Assembly (NCBI GenBank): GCA_035347995.1
Contig: DAOPQD010000007.1
Coordinates: forward strand, 888 to 64,887
Reading direction: 5' to 3'
Length of the DNA stretch: 64,000 nt
DNA from: Anaerolineae bacterium
GTDB lineage: Bacteria; Chloroflexota; Anaerolineae; B4-G1; SLSP01
Positions 1-8,239 of this stretch are shown in pieces. How positions within the stretch are numbered: position 1 is the first letter of the stretch; each line of letters opens with the position of its first letter. The notes beneath the pieces are model-generated. The model saw only the letters and a program-made list of their open reading frames with translations, was not told where the DNA came from and did no database searches. The position numbers were made by a program, and so were the translations under genes.

Positions 1-22
1 CTTCGAAGAGGCGGCACCGTGG

Positions 23-1681
23 TTGGTCGCTGGCGTCACATTGCTGGGAGGTGGGCTGCGCGTCCTGCTGCTCGGCAGCAAGGGAATGTGGCTGGACGAA
101 ACGTTCAGCGTGTGGCTGGCCAGCCACAATGTCGGCGAGCTGCTGCGGTGGACGGCCACGGTGGATCAACATCCGCCCCTGTATTATCTGCTGTTGCATG
201 TCTGGATCGCGCTCCGAGGGGACTCGCCCTACGCCGTCCGCCTGCTCTCCGTCCTGCTGGGAACGGGCACGATCCCGGTGATATATGGGATCGGCAAGCG
301 CCTCTCAGGACCCCTGATGGGATTTGCGGCGGCGGTATTGCTGGCGGTGTCGCCTTTTCACATCCGCTTCGCTCAGGAAACCCGCATGTACACGTGCCTG
401 GCGTTCAATGCGGCCGTGGCCATCTATGCGCTGGTGAGGCTGCTCACCGATCCACGGTCTGTGGAACCGATCGGCAGCCAGTTCCGCGCGGCGCTGCGCG
501 CCTGGCGCACAACGGAGCCGGTGAAGGCCGGGGACGGGGAGATTTGGGACGAGGACGCGGCTACAGGCAGGCCGACGACCGGGGAAGCCCGGCGTCCCCG
601 CCATCGCTGGCCGCCCCGGCAGACCTTTGAGACCGACCTGGCGTGGGTCGGATTGGTGGTGTTTTCAGCGGCGACGATGCTCACCCACAACACGGCGCTG
701 CTTTTCCCCCTGGCCACCCATGGCTTTGTCTTGGGCCTCCTGCTTTTTCAGAGACTGAGGAAAACGAACTCTCCGGCTGGACTTCACGCGCCCTCGCCTC
801 AGAACTGGCTGAAGGCGCAGGCAGGCATCTTTCTGCTGTGGAGCCCGTGGCTAGTCGCCTTCCTCCATCAAGCCAGAGGGGTATACCAGGAATTCTGGTT
901 GCCCCGGCCGGATTGGCAAACCGTGACCCGCGCGCTCATGACGTTTCTGAATGCCGCTACACCTGCGCCCGGCCAATCCAGCGCGGAGCCGGCTGCCTGG
1001 ATGTGGCTCCTCTATGCGACGGTGGCAGGCCTGGGGCTGTGGCGCTATCGGAAAGAGCCATCGCGGTGGCTGCTGTTGGTCGCTCTGTTCACCATTCCCT
1101 TCGCGGGTGAGTTGCTCGTGAGCCTCCGCCGGCCTGTTTTCTACGATCGAACGCTGATCTGGATCACAATTCCGCTGTTCCTGCTGCTGGCGGCGGGAAT
1201 CACACAGCTGCGGTATCGCTTTCTCGTGATCCTGGCGTTGGGGATTCTGGGGACCAACAATCTGTTCGCTGCGGCCGATTATTACCGGTTTATGCAAAAG
1301 GAGGACTGGAACACCGCCGCGGGTTATGTCGCGAACTTCGTCGAGCAAGATGATTTGGTGCTGTTCAACGCAAATTGGGCGCAGATTCCGTTCGACTATT
1401 ATTTCAGGACGTATGAGGACCTGTATGACATTCGGGTGGAGAAGCGTGGGCTTCCAGAGGACATGTTCGAGAGCGGCGTACTCGAGCCCAAGATGACGGA
1501 GAACGACGTGGCAAGGCTGATGGCGTTGGTGAACGGGCGAGAGCGGGTGTGGCTGGTGTATAGCCACGACTGGTATACGGATCCGCAAGGACTGATCCCG
1601 AAGACGCTGGGCGCGAGGATGCCAGTGGCGCGGCAGCGCTATTTCTACGGCGGACAGGTGCTGCTGTATGCGGCGCCGTGA
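23..1681 (+). CDS. GT-C fold membrane glycosyltransferase (PMT_2/ArnT-like); 5' end probably truncated by window edge
   Basis: 552-aa multi-TM ORF. The N-terminal pattern MWLDETFSVW...HPPLYYLLLHVW...SPFHIRFAQETRMYT is typical of polyprenyl-phosphate-sugar dependent GT-C enzymes. Layout matches ORF 43295-45637. The frame stays open back to nt 2. Confidence 0.7.
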   Translation: MVAGVTLLGGGLRVLLLGSKGMWLDETFSVWLASHNVGELLRWTATVDQHPPLYYLLLHVWIALRGDSPYAVRLLSVLLGTGTIPVIYGIGKRLSGPLMGFAAAVLLAVSPFHIRFAQETRMYTCLAFNAAVAIYALVRLLTDPRSVEPIGSQFRAALRAWRTTEPVKAGDGEIWDEDAATGRPTTGEARRPRHRWPPRQTFETDLAWVGLVVFSAATMLTHNTALLFPLATHGFVLGLLLFQRLRKTNSPAGLHAPSPQNWLKAQAGIFLLWSPWLVAFLHQARGVYQEFWLPRPDWQTVTRALMTFLNAATPAPGQSSAEPAAWMWLLYATVAGLGLWRYRKEPSRWLLLVALFTIPFAGELLVSLRRPVFYDRTLIWITIPLFLLLAAGITQLRYRFLVILALGILGTNNLFAAADYYRFMQKEDWNTAAGYVANFVEQDDLVLFNANWAQIPFDYYFRTYEDLYDIRVEKRGLPEDMFESGVLEPKMTENDVARLMALVNGRERVWLVYSHDWYTDPQGLIPKTLGARMPVARQRYFYGGQVLLYAAP

Positions 1682-1766
1682 GGGAAGAGGGAGCGCCCGT
1701 GAAGGCGGAGGGGAAAAGCCAGCGTAGGGAGTCAGTGGCTGTGAGCAGGGTCGTCGCTAAGCGCTT

Positions 1767-2669
1767 TCACCGTGTCAAAAGTCCGGTGCCCCCGCGCCTT
1801 GCCGCCTCTGAAGCCAATGCGGCGAGGGCGTGAGCTTCCAGCGCGCGCGGCAGAGCGCAACACGCCTCAAAGCGCTGAATGACGTGCCCCCTCGCCCGCG
1901 CGGCGTCGAGGGTGGCGCGCGCGGGCAATTCGATGCGCGTCGCCCCCGCTTCCAACGCCGCCAGCTCCAGCGCCGCCCGCATCCGCCGATCGCGCGGACG
2001 CATACACCCCAGCGCCAGCTCCGCTTGCGGGAACCGCTCCCGCACCCCCCGGAAGACCTTGCTTACCGCTTCGGGAGCCGGCGCTGGCGTCGTCGCCATC
2101 GGCGTGCCGGGGGTAGGAGCGAAGACGATGATCACCACCGTCTCCGGCGGCGCTACCCCCTCCAACAGCGCCGCCTCGCTGCCCTCGTACACCGTGAGAT
2201 GCGGGATCACCGGGATGCCGGCCGCGCGCAACCGCTCATAAGCGGCGCGATAATCCGCCGTCGTCGCCCGAAGCCCGAAGATGCGCTGCGCCGTCTCCGT
2301 GGCGGGAATCTCCAGCGAGGCGAAATCAATCGCACCCGCTAGCGCCATCGCCGTCTCAGCATCCAGCAGCCCCGGATGAAGGTTGAGCAGCAACCCAGTC
2401 TCCGCCTTGAGGCGCTGAATCGCGCCCGCCAGCGGCTTGAGGTTGAGGAGCGCCCCCTCACGGGTGGAGCCGCCGCTCAGCAGCGCGCCGAGCGCGCCCC
2501 CGTCCCGCAGACGTCGCCCGGCGGCGAGCAGGGCTTCCGGCGTGGCAACCGACCTCATCCCCGCAAGATACGTCGCCGTGCAGTGCCGGCACTGCAGCTC
2601 GCAGGCAGTCCCCGAAAGCGAGAGCGCCGGAAAACGCGGCAGGGGCTGATAGACCTTCAACAGTGCCAT
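1767..2669 (-). CDS. radical SAM protein, LipS1/LipS2-type candidate lipoyl synthase subunit
   Basis: CELQCRHC (CX3CX2C) lies near the N-terminus. I place the start at ATG 2669 (MALLKVYQ) because the first 74 aa of the 374-aa track ORF are Arg/Gly-rich read-through. The gene lies directly downstream of the split lplA. Confidence 0.7.
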   Translation of the reverse strand: MALLKVYQPLPRFPALSLSGTACELQCRHCTATYLAGMRSVATPEALLAAGRRLRDGGALGALLSGGSTREGALLNLKPLAGAIQRLKAETGLLLNLHPGLLDAETAMALAGAIDFASLEIPATETAQRIFGLRATTADYRAAYERLRAAGIPVIPHLTVYEGSEAALLEGVAPPETVVIIVFAPTPGTPMATTPAPAPEAVSKVFRGVRERFPQAELALGCMRPRDRRMRAALELAALEAGATRIELPARATLDAARARGHVIQRFEACCALPRALEAHALAALASEAARRGGTGLLTR

Positions 2670-2686
2670 TCGATCTTCACCGGAGA

Positions 2687-2992
2687 TCAGGGTTTCGCGG
2701 CCAGCAAGAGCTGCACGAAGTCCTCCACATCCGCGCCGATGACCTGCACCTCGCCTGCGAAGAATGGCGCGATGCGCTCGCGCAACACGTCCGCCCGCAG
2801 CGGAACGCCCGGCAGCGCCGCTTCCAACGCCTCCAGCGCTTCTTCGGGATGCATGAAGAAATCGCCCGTGATGCTGACCGCTGCGATGCACGGCTCCCCT
2901 TGCGCGTCCGGTACAGTCCGCAACCGCACGCGGAGCAATTTGCCGCCGGTCACCTTGTAATCAGCGCTTGAAAAGCCATTCACGTCGGGCAT
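2687..2992 (-). CDS. lipoate-protein ligase C-terminal accessory domain protein (LplB-like)
   Basis: KVTGGKLLRVRL...ITGDFFMHPEEALEALEAAL matches the LplA C-terminal domain pattern. The start ATG 2992 is preceded by AAGGGGGAG and overlaps the end of the catalytic lplA gene by 32 nt. Confidence 0.75.
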   Translation of the reverse strand: MPDVNGFSSADYKVTGGKLLRVRLRTVPDAQGEPCIAAVSITGDFFMHPEEALEALEAALPGVPLRADVLRERIAPFFAGEVQVIGADVEDFVQLLLAAKP

Positions 2993-3731
2993 AACGCTCC
3001 CCCTTGATTTGTTGAGCCAGCTGCGCTTCCTGCTCCGTGAGGACACCGGGAATGAATTCCGCATCCAATGCCGCAGCGAACCCCGCGCACAGGGCCTCGA
3101 TCACGGCCTGAGGATCCACCGCTCCCACCTCTCGCCGAATCGAAGTCACCCGCTCCGCCACCGTCTGAAGCAGCTTGTCCCGCAGCTTGGCATCAGGCAC
3201 CTTGAGGAGCGTGAACATCAATGCCGGATTCACGTCGCACAAGACCGTCCCGTGTTGCAAGACGCCGCCAAAGCGCCGGGTCTGCGCGTTGCCGGAGATC
3301 TTACGCCCGTTGACGGCGATGTCGTTGATGGGAGCGAAAGTCGCCTCCAGCCCCAGGCGGCGCAGCCCCAACACCAGGCCCTGGCAGAACACACCGTAAG
3401 AATCCAGCACATTCTGCGGGACGCCGGGGGCATTCCCCTGGAGCATCAGCGAATAGGTGATCTCCCCCTCGCGGTCGTGGAAGACAGCCCCGCCGCCCGT
3501 AATCCGGCGGATGACATCCACTCCCTCGCGGCGGCAGGCTGCGAGATCCACCTCCTGCTCCACCCCCTGGAAATAGCCGATGGAGACCGCCGAAGGCTCC
3601 CACGTGTAAAAGCGCAGCGTGGCCGGCACATCGCCGACGGCGACAGTGCGCAAAATCGCCTCGTCAATCGCCATGTTGTCAAAGGCGTTGCGCGCGCCGT
3701 GAAGCAACAAACGCCAGCGTTGGGTCATCAT
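2961..3731 (-). CDS. lplA: lipoate-protein ligase A, catalytic (N-terminal) domain protein
   Basis: 256 aa. NMAIDEAIL...LRFYTWEPSAVSIGYFQ...RRITGGGAVFHD...GRKISGNAQ is the BPL/LPL catalytic domain signature. Confidence 0.85.
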   Translation of the reverse strand: MMTQRWRLLLHGARNAFDNMAIDEAILRTVAVGDVPATLRFYTWEPSAVSIGYFQGVEQEVDLAACRREGVDVIRRITGGGAVFHDREGEITYSLMLQGNAPGVPQNVLDSYGVFCQGLVLGLRRLGLEATFAPINDIAVNGRKISGNAQTRRFGGVLQHGTVLCDVNPALMFTLLKVPDAKLRDKLLQTVAERVTSIRREVGAVDPQAVIEALCAGFAAALDAEFIPGVLTEQEAQLAQQIKGERYARREWLFKR

Positions 3732-3799
3732 GGCTTCTCCTTAAATATAGAAGGTAAAGGGTGCGTTAGTTGAGTGTGGCGACTGGTGACAAGTAACCT

Positions 3800-3848
3800 G
3801 GTAATGGGGAATGGGGAACGGGGAATGGGAAACAGGGAATGGGAAAGA
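3800..3848. repeat. seven tandem heptamers (GGTAATG GGGAATG GGGAACG GGGAATG GGAAACA GGGAATG GGAAAGA)
   Basis: Read directly from the sequence. Lies in the 143-nt gap between lplA (start 3731) and the upstream radical SAM gene (stop 3875). Confidence 0.9.
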
Positions 3849-3874
3849 TGATCGCATATTCCGTATGTCACGTT

Positions 3875-4834
3875 TCACGCATCGCGTAAATACGCCGCCG
3901 CTGCCTCCCGTGCCGCGCGTTTCTCCGCCTCGGTCAACGGGCGGGGGAAGTTGTACATCACGCCGCCGGGACGCTCGTTGTAGAGCGGACGGTTGCAATC
4001 GGGGCAGCCGCTCGTGCGGAACGCTCGCCCCGAGGCGAATGCCGCTTCCACCATCGCCGACTCGACCTCAAGGCCGACGAGCCGACCCTCCTCGAAGCGC
4101 AACGCCTCGACCCGCGCCTGCCCCGTGATCAGCAACTGTCGCGCCAGCTGCAGCGCCCGGTACCGCTCGATGGGCGGCGGCGACAGCTGCAAGCGCGCGC
4201 CGCGCACCGGCGTGAACGCAAACAAGGCCACGGCGTGCCCGCTGTCATGGCTCGCCTGGACTTTGTGCAGCAATTCCGCATCGCTTTCGCCCAGGCCCAC
4301 GATCAAATGGATGGAGCTGCGACCGAAGACCGCGGCGACATCTTCGAGAAAGCGCTGGGTGCGCTCCCAGCTAAAGCCGGGCTTGAGCTCCTTGAACAGG
4401 GCTTCGGTAGCGCAATCCAGGCCCACGCCGACCCGCTCGACACCGGCGGCTTTGAGGTCCTCCAACCCCACGCGGGGAATCGGATTCAGGCACACGGAGA
4501 TCGGCAGCGGCGAGACGGCATGGAGTTGCGTGACGCTCTCCAGCAACGCGGGAAGCAGCTGCGGCGTCAGCAGTGTCTGAAGGCAGATCCGACGCAGGGG
4601 ATGGGGACGGCTCAGCGCCGACGTCACCTCCGCGAGAGGATAGGCAGGCCACGCAATCCGCGAGAGGAACTTGCGATCGGCGTCGCTATCGCGGGCCTGC
4701 GCGCAGAAACGGCACGCGCCCTGACAGCTCTCGCCCACCATGGCGTACAACGTCGTAGGCGAGGCCTCCATCTGCGCCTGCGCCAGTCCCAACATCACCG
4801 CTGAGCCAGTGCTGAGTCGAAGTTGCGATATCAC
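3875..4834 (-). CDS. radical SAM protein, LipS1/LipS2-type candidate lipoyl synthase subunit
   Basis: 319 aa with a CQGACRFC (CX3CX2C) motif. It is the first gene of the co-oriented string radical SAM - lplA - lplA C-domain - radical SAM. Confidence 0.7.
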   Translation of the reverse strand: MISQLRLSTGSAVMLGLAQAQMEASPTTLYAMVGESCQGACRFCAQARDSDADRKFLSRIAWPAYPLAEVTSALSRPHPLRRICLQTLLTPQLLPALLESVTQLHAVSPLPISVCLNPIPRVGLEDLKAAGVERVGVGLDCATEALFKELKPGFSWERTQRFLEDVAAVFGRSSIHLIVGLGESDAELLHKVQASHDSGHAVALFAFTPVRGARLQLSPPPIERYRALQLARQLLITGQARVEALRFEEGRLVGLEVESAMVEAAFASGRAFRTSGCPDCNRPLYNERPGGVMYNFPRPLTEAEKRAAREAAAAYLRDA

Positions 4835-4899
4835 ACAATTACCTCAAATATTAGTTGTGTTTCCACGTACCCACGTGCTCACGTTCACACGTCCTCCCG

Positions 4900-6222
4900 T
4901 CACGAAACAGGCCAGACAGAGGAAGGTTGCTTCGGGAACAGCGCGTTGAGCAGCACCGTCGCCTCGGCGTTGGCGTAACAATCGGGGAAGGCCGCGCGCA
5001 GCTCCGCCAACGCGCGATAGCCAAACAGCAGCTGCAGGAACGTCAGATTGGGGAACGCCGCGGCGCCGGTATCGTTCCCCTGCGGCTCCCATGGCGCGAC
5101 CTCGGTGAGGCAGCCCCGCTCGAACGTCAGCCGCACGCCGCTGCGATAAAAGCCCAGAGTGAGTGTACCGGTATGCCCCGCCGCCACCGACTGTGCCAGT
5201 CGCGTCTCCAGGACCGGCGCGATGTGGCGCAAAAATGCAGGCAGATCGGGCACCCGCACATACCAGGCGTAAGGCGGTTGAATTCGGGGCAATCCCGCGC
5301 TGAACGCCTCGTAAACGGGATGGGTCTCTCCCAGGCTAAAGCTGAATGCGAGACACTTGCCTTTGCTGCCACCATAGGCCCACAGATAGCGCACCACGGC
5401 CGGCGTCACCGCCAGCCAGGAGACACCTTCGCGCAGCTCATAGGCCGTGGCGGAGATCGTCGTGTTCCACAACCCTGCAGGATGCGCCAGAAAACCGACC
5501 CGTTCGCCCTCTGGCGTCTCGATGATCCCCCATTGACGTCGCTCCGCCGCTTCCGGCGAACGCCCGCCAAGCTCATACTGCCACATCGCCGCATCGCGCA
5601 CGCAGCCGACGACTGAACGGGCCGCCGCGTGCGCCTCGACGGCCATCAAAAAAGGGACGTCCTCCTCCGTGGCCGGGCGCAGACGATACGGCTCGACCTG
5701 GCCCTCTTTCAACGCGGGGACCTGAGGCGCATATCCTATCCGCGCGCCATACAGCGAGAGCGCCATCTCATAACCAAATTGCCGGTAATACCAGGGGATA
5801 CCGGTGATCGCCTGCAGCAGCTCGCCCCGTTCGGCGCTCAGCGCGTGGAGCAGCTCGAATTGCGCGCGGACCAGACCCCGGCGGCGATAATCCGGATGGG
5901 TGGCCACCAGCTCCGGGCGTCCCACCCCAAAGGGGATAGCTCCATAGCGCCACGTCTGCGAGATCAGGCACATGCTGGAGACGATCGCCCCGGTCTGCAA
6001 AACTTCCACCATGACAAAATCCGCCGGCTGGAAGGTCGGATGGGGGCGCGTGAGCAGGTCGCGGATCCACAACCGCACCCCCTCGTCGGGGGTGTCCCAA
6101 CCGGCGTCGCTGTGCGCGCGCGCCTGCAGCTCGGCAATGGCCTCGACATCATCCGGCGCAGCACGCCGCAGGCGCACCCCGTCCGCAAGGAAACGCGGCT
6201 CCTCTGACTGCAATGTGGACAT
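4900..6222 (-). CDS. GNAT family N-acetyltransferase, two-domain (Eis-like architecture)
   Basis: Start taken at ATG 6222 (MSTLQSEEP). The acetyl-CoA motif RRRGLVRAQ sits in the first domain and total length is about 440 aa. The track ORF extends 71 aa further through unlikely sequence. Confidence 0.65.
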   Translation of the reverse strand: MSTLQSEEPRFLADGVRLRRAAPDDVEAIAELQARAHSDAGWDTPDEGVRLWIRDLLTRPHPTFQPADFVMVEVLQTGAIVSSMCLISQTWRYGAIPFGVGRPELVATHPDYRRRGLVRAQFELLHALSAERGELLQAITGIPWYYRQFGYEMALSLYGARIGYAPQVPALKEGQVEPYRLRPATEEDVPFLMAVEAHAAARSVVGCVRDAAMWQYELGGRSPEAAERRQWGIIETPEGERVGFLAHPAGLWNTTISATAYELREGVSWLAVTPAVVRYLWAYGGSKGKCLAFSFSLGETHPVYEAFSAGLPRIQPPYAWYVRVPDLPAFLRHIAPVLETRLAQSVAAGHTGTLTLGFYRSGVRLTFERGCLTEVAPWEPQGNDTGAAAFPNLTFLQLLFGYRALAELRAAFPDCYANAEATVLLNALFPKQPSSVWPVS

Positions 6223-6271
6223 GGACCGACTCCCAAAACTTGATGTGATAGGACTTACACGGGAAACACTT

Positions 6272-7276
6272 TTACTGACCGCCGTCCCCGGCGGCGATGG
6301 AGCCCAAAAGCGCCCGCAGCGCCTCCGGTTGGGTGGCTTCCAGCAGGGCGGGATACAGCGCTTTGGGGACGGCGGCGCCGCGCAAATAGCGGACGAGGTG
6401 TTTGCGAAAGTGAATGACGCCATAGCGAGGGCCATAATGCGCCACCATCCGCTCCAGGTGCTCCAGCATCACCGCCCGGCGTTCCTCCCAGGGCACGTCT
6501 TTCCGATCGCGGTACTGGAAGATCCACGGATGCCCCTGCGCCGCGCGACCGATCATCACGGCGTCACAGCCAGTGTGCGCCTTCATGCGCGCGATATCGG
6601 CGACGACGTTGACGTCCCCATTTCCCACCACCGGAATGTGGACCGCTTGCTTCACAGCCGCGATGGCGTCCCAATCCGCGGGCTCGTTGTAACGCTGATG
6701 GCGCGTGCGGCCATGAACGGCGATCAACGCCGCCCCGTTGTCTTCCAAAGCTCGCGCCACCTCCAGGTAGTTCAACGTCTCCCGTTCTGGACCCAGGCGG
6801 ATTTTGGCCGTCACCGGCACACGGACCGCCCGCGTGAGCCGGGCCATGATCCGCCCCACGTTGGCCGGGTCGGAAAGCAGACCCGCCCCCGCGCCCGTCT
6901 TGGTCACCTTGGGGACCGAACAACCGAGGTTGAGATCCATGAAATCGGGGGCGAATGGCTCCACGAGGCGTGCAGCGGCCTCGAGCACCGCCGCGTCGCG
7001 CCCGAAAAGTTGCATCGCCAGGGGACGCTCGTCCTCCCCGAAGGCGAGCATCTGACGGGTCCGCTCGCTAGCGTGCAGCAAGCCCTCGGCGGAAAGCAGC
7101 TCCGTGACCACCCACGCCGCCCCCAGCCGGCGACAGATGCCGCGATAGGGCCGATCGGTGTAGCCCGCCATCGGGGCCAGCACCAGTTCGCCATAGATCG
7201 GGACATCCCGCACCCAAAAGGCGGGTGCGGGAGTCGTGATGGCTGCCGTCCGGGCAGGAGCTTCCGACAATGTCAT
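6272..7276 (-). CDS. dus: tRNA-dihydrouridine synthase
   Basis: VLAPMAGYTDRPYRGICRRLG...MDLNLGCSVPKV...AVHGRTRHQRY are Dus family (FMN TIM-barrel) motifs. Confidence 0.85.
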   Translation of the reverse strand: MTLSEAPARTAAITTPAPAFWVRDVPIYGELVLAPMAGYTDRPYRGICRRLGAAWVVTELLSAEGLLHASERTRQMLAFGEDERPLAMQLFGRDAAVLEAAARLVEPFAPDFMDLNLGCSVPKVTKTGAGAGLLSDPANVGRIMARLTRAVRVPVTAKIRLGPERETLNYLEVARALEDNGAALIAVHGRTRHQRYNEPADWDAIAAVKQAVHIPVVGNGDVNVVADIARMKAHTGCDAVMIGRAAQGHPWIFQYRDRKDVPWEERRAVMLEHLERMVAHYGPRYGVIHFRKHLVRYLRGAAVPKALYPALLEATQPEALRALLGSIAAGDGGQ

Positions 7277-7381
7277 GGACCCTTCCTCACGTAGCAGCGC
7301 GTCGTGCGCGCGTCCGCCGCCTATTATAGCGCAAGTTGAGCGGACGACACAGTCCGTAATGCGTCATGCGTAAGATCTTCT

Positions 7382-7450
7382 CGGAAAATAGAGAGCAGTG
7401 AGCCGTGAGTAAAGAGCTGTCGCAGTCACGGCTCACGACTCACCACTCAC
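7382..7450. repeat. GTGAGCC-type intergenic hairpin element, copy A
   Basis: GAAAATAGAGAGCAGTGAGCCGTGAG...GAGCTGTCGCAG...TCACGGCTCAC. Near-identical copies occur at 28864-28938 and, inverted, at 32432-32500. The inverted repeat is GTGAGCCGTGA/TCACGGCTCAC. Confidence 0.85.
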
Positions 7451-7922
7451 ATTTTGAGGCGGGATTGGCAATGCCGCTGCCCGGTTCGGCCTCCTCGCCG
7501 GGCTGACACTCGCCGCGATAGAAGGCCCACTCCTCGCACTCGCTGTGATCCTCGAAGACGCAGATGCCCGTCTGGCTGCCGTCCTCCGCCGTGCGAATGT
7601 CCACCTTGCCGCCATGCTCCTCGCAATAGACCGAGGCGGGATTGGCAATGCCGCTGCCCGGTTCGGCCTCCTCGCCGGGCTGACACTCGCCGCGATAGAA
7701 GGCCCACTCCTCGCACTCGCTGTGATCCTCGAAGACGCAGATGCCCGTCTGGCTGCCGTCCTCCGCCGTGCGAATGTCCACCTTGCCGCCATGCTCCTCG
7801 CAATAGACCGAGGCGGGATTGGGCATTCCCGGATCGGCAGATTCGTTCTGCTTTGAACCACATGCGCTGATCGCCAAAGCCATGAGCAACACTATCCCCA
7901 CAACCGCAACTCGCTGCTTCAT
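7440..7922 (-). CDS. lipoprotein with two DUF333 (putative hemolysin-like) domains
   Basis: Start ATG 7922 is preceded by AGGAGG. The signal peptide carries the lipobox LAISAC. NPASVYCEEHGGKVDIRTAEDGSQTGICVFEDHSECEEWAFYRGEC occurs twice. Confidence 0.8.
   Translation of the reverse strand: MKQRVAVVGIVLLMALAISACGSKQNESADPGMPNPASVYCEEHGGKVDIRTAEDGSQTGICVFEDHSECEEWAFYRGECQPGEEAEPGSGIANPASVYCEEHGGKVDIRTAEDGSQTGICVFEDHSECEEWAFYRGECQPGEEAEPGSGIANPASKCEW
7456..7822. repeat. perfect 177-bp tandem duplication (2 full copies plus 13 nt)
   Basis: 7456-7632 and 7633-7809 are identical base for base. The next 13 nt (GAGGCGGGATTGG) repeat again at 7810-7822. Confidence 0.95.
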
Positions 7923-8082
7923 CCCTGACCTCCTGAATTTCGTGAAAACCATTTCCCTCAGCTACAAAAACTGCGTGAACGCTTCGGGCGCTCATGACAT
8001 TATAACTTCAAACGGCGCGACAAAGTTCCCCAACGCCAGCGGGACGAGTGTATATGGATATATGGAATGGAAGGTCGCCCTA

Positions 8083-8111
8083 TTGACAGGCACTACAGAA
8101 GTGCGTATAAT
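8083..8111 (+). promoter_or_regulatory. consensus sigma70-type promoter TTGACA-17-TATAAT
   Basis: TTGACA at 8083-8088, a 17-nt spacer and TATAAT at 8106-8111, in an AT-rich gap about 130 nt upstream of the ROK regulator gene. Confidence 0.6.
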
Positions 8112-8118
8112 GAAGGTA

Positions 8119-8147
8119 TATTAATTTATCCTCTTGCGAAATTAATT
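8119..8147 (+). promoter_or_regulatory. inverted repeat TATTAATTT-N11-AAATTAATT (candidate operator)
   Basis: An 8/9 inverted repeat starts 8 nt downstream of the -10 box and would cover the predicted transcription start. Confidence 0.4.
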
Positions 8148-8239
8148 ACCGTGGGAGCAAGGGAGCGGGAACGCGACAGGATTTCTTACCGCCGGCCAGG
8201 ATTGGCCGCATCTCTCTAAACCGGAGGCGAGTAAGACCC

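Noticed and set aside
7433-7995. Three other repeat-containing ORFs over the DUF333 duplication (7433-7861(-), 7447-7995(-), 7454-7870(+), 7545-7856(+))
   Set aside because: They are alternative frames of the same 177-bp duplication. Only the 7440-7922 frame has an RBS, a lipoprotein signal and a recognisable domain.
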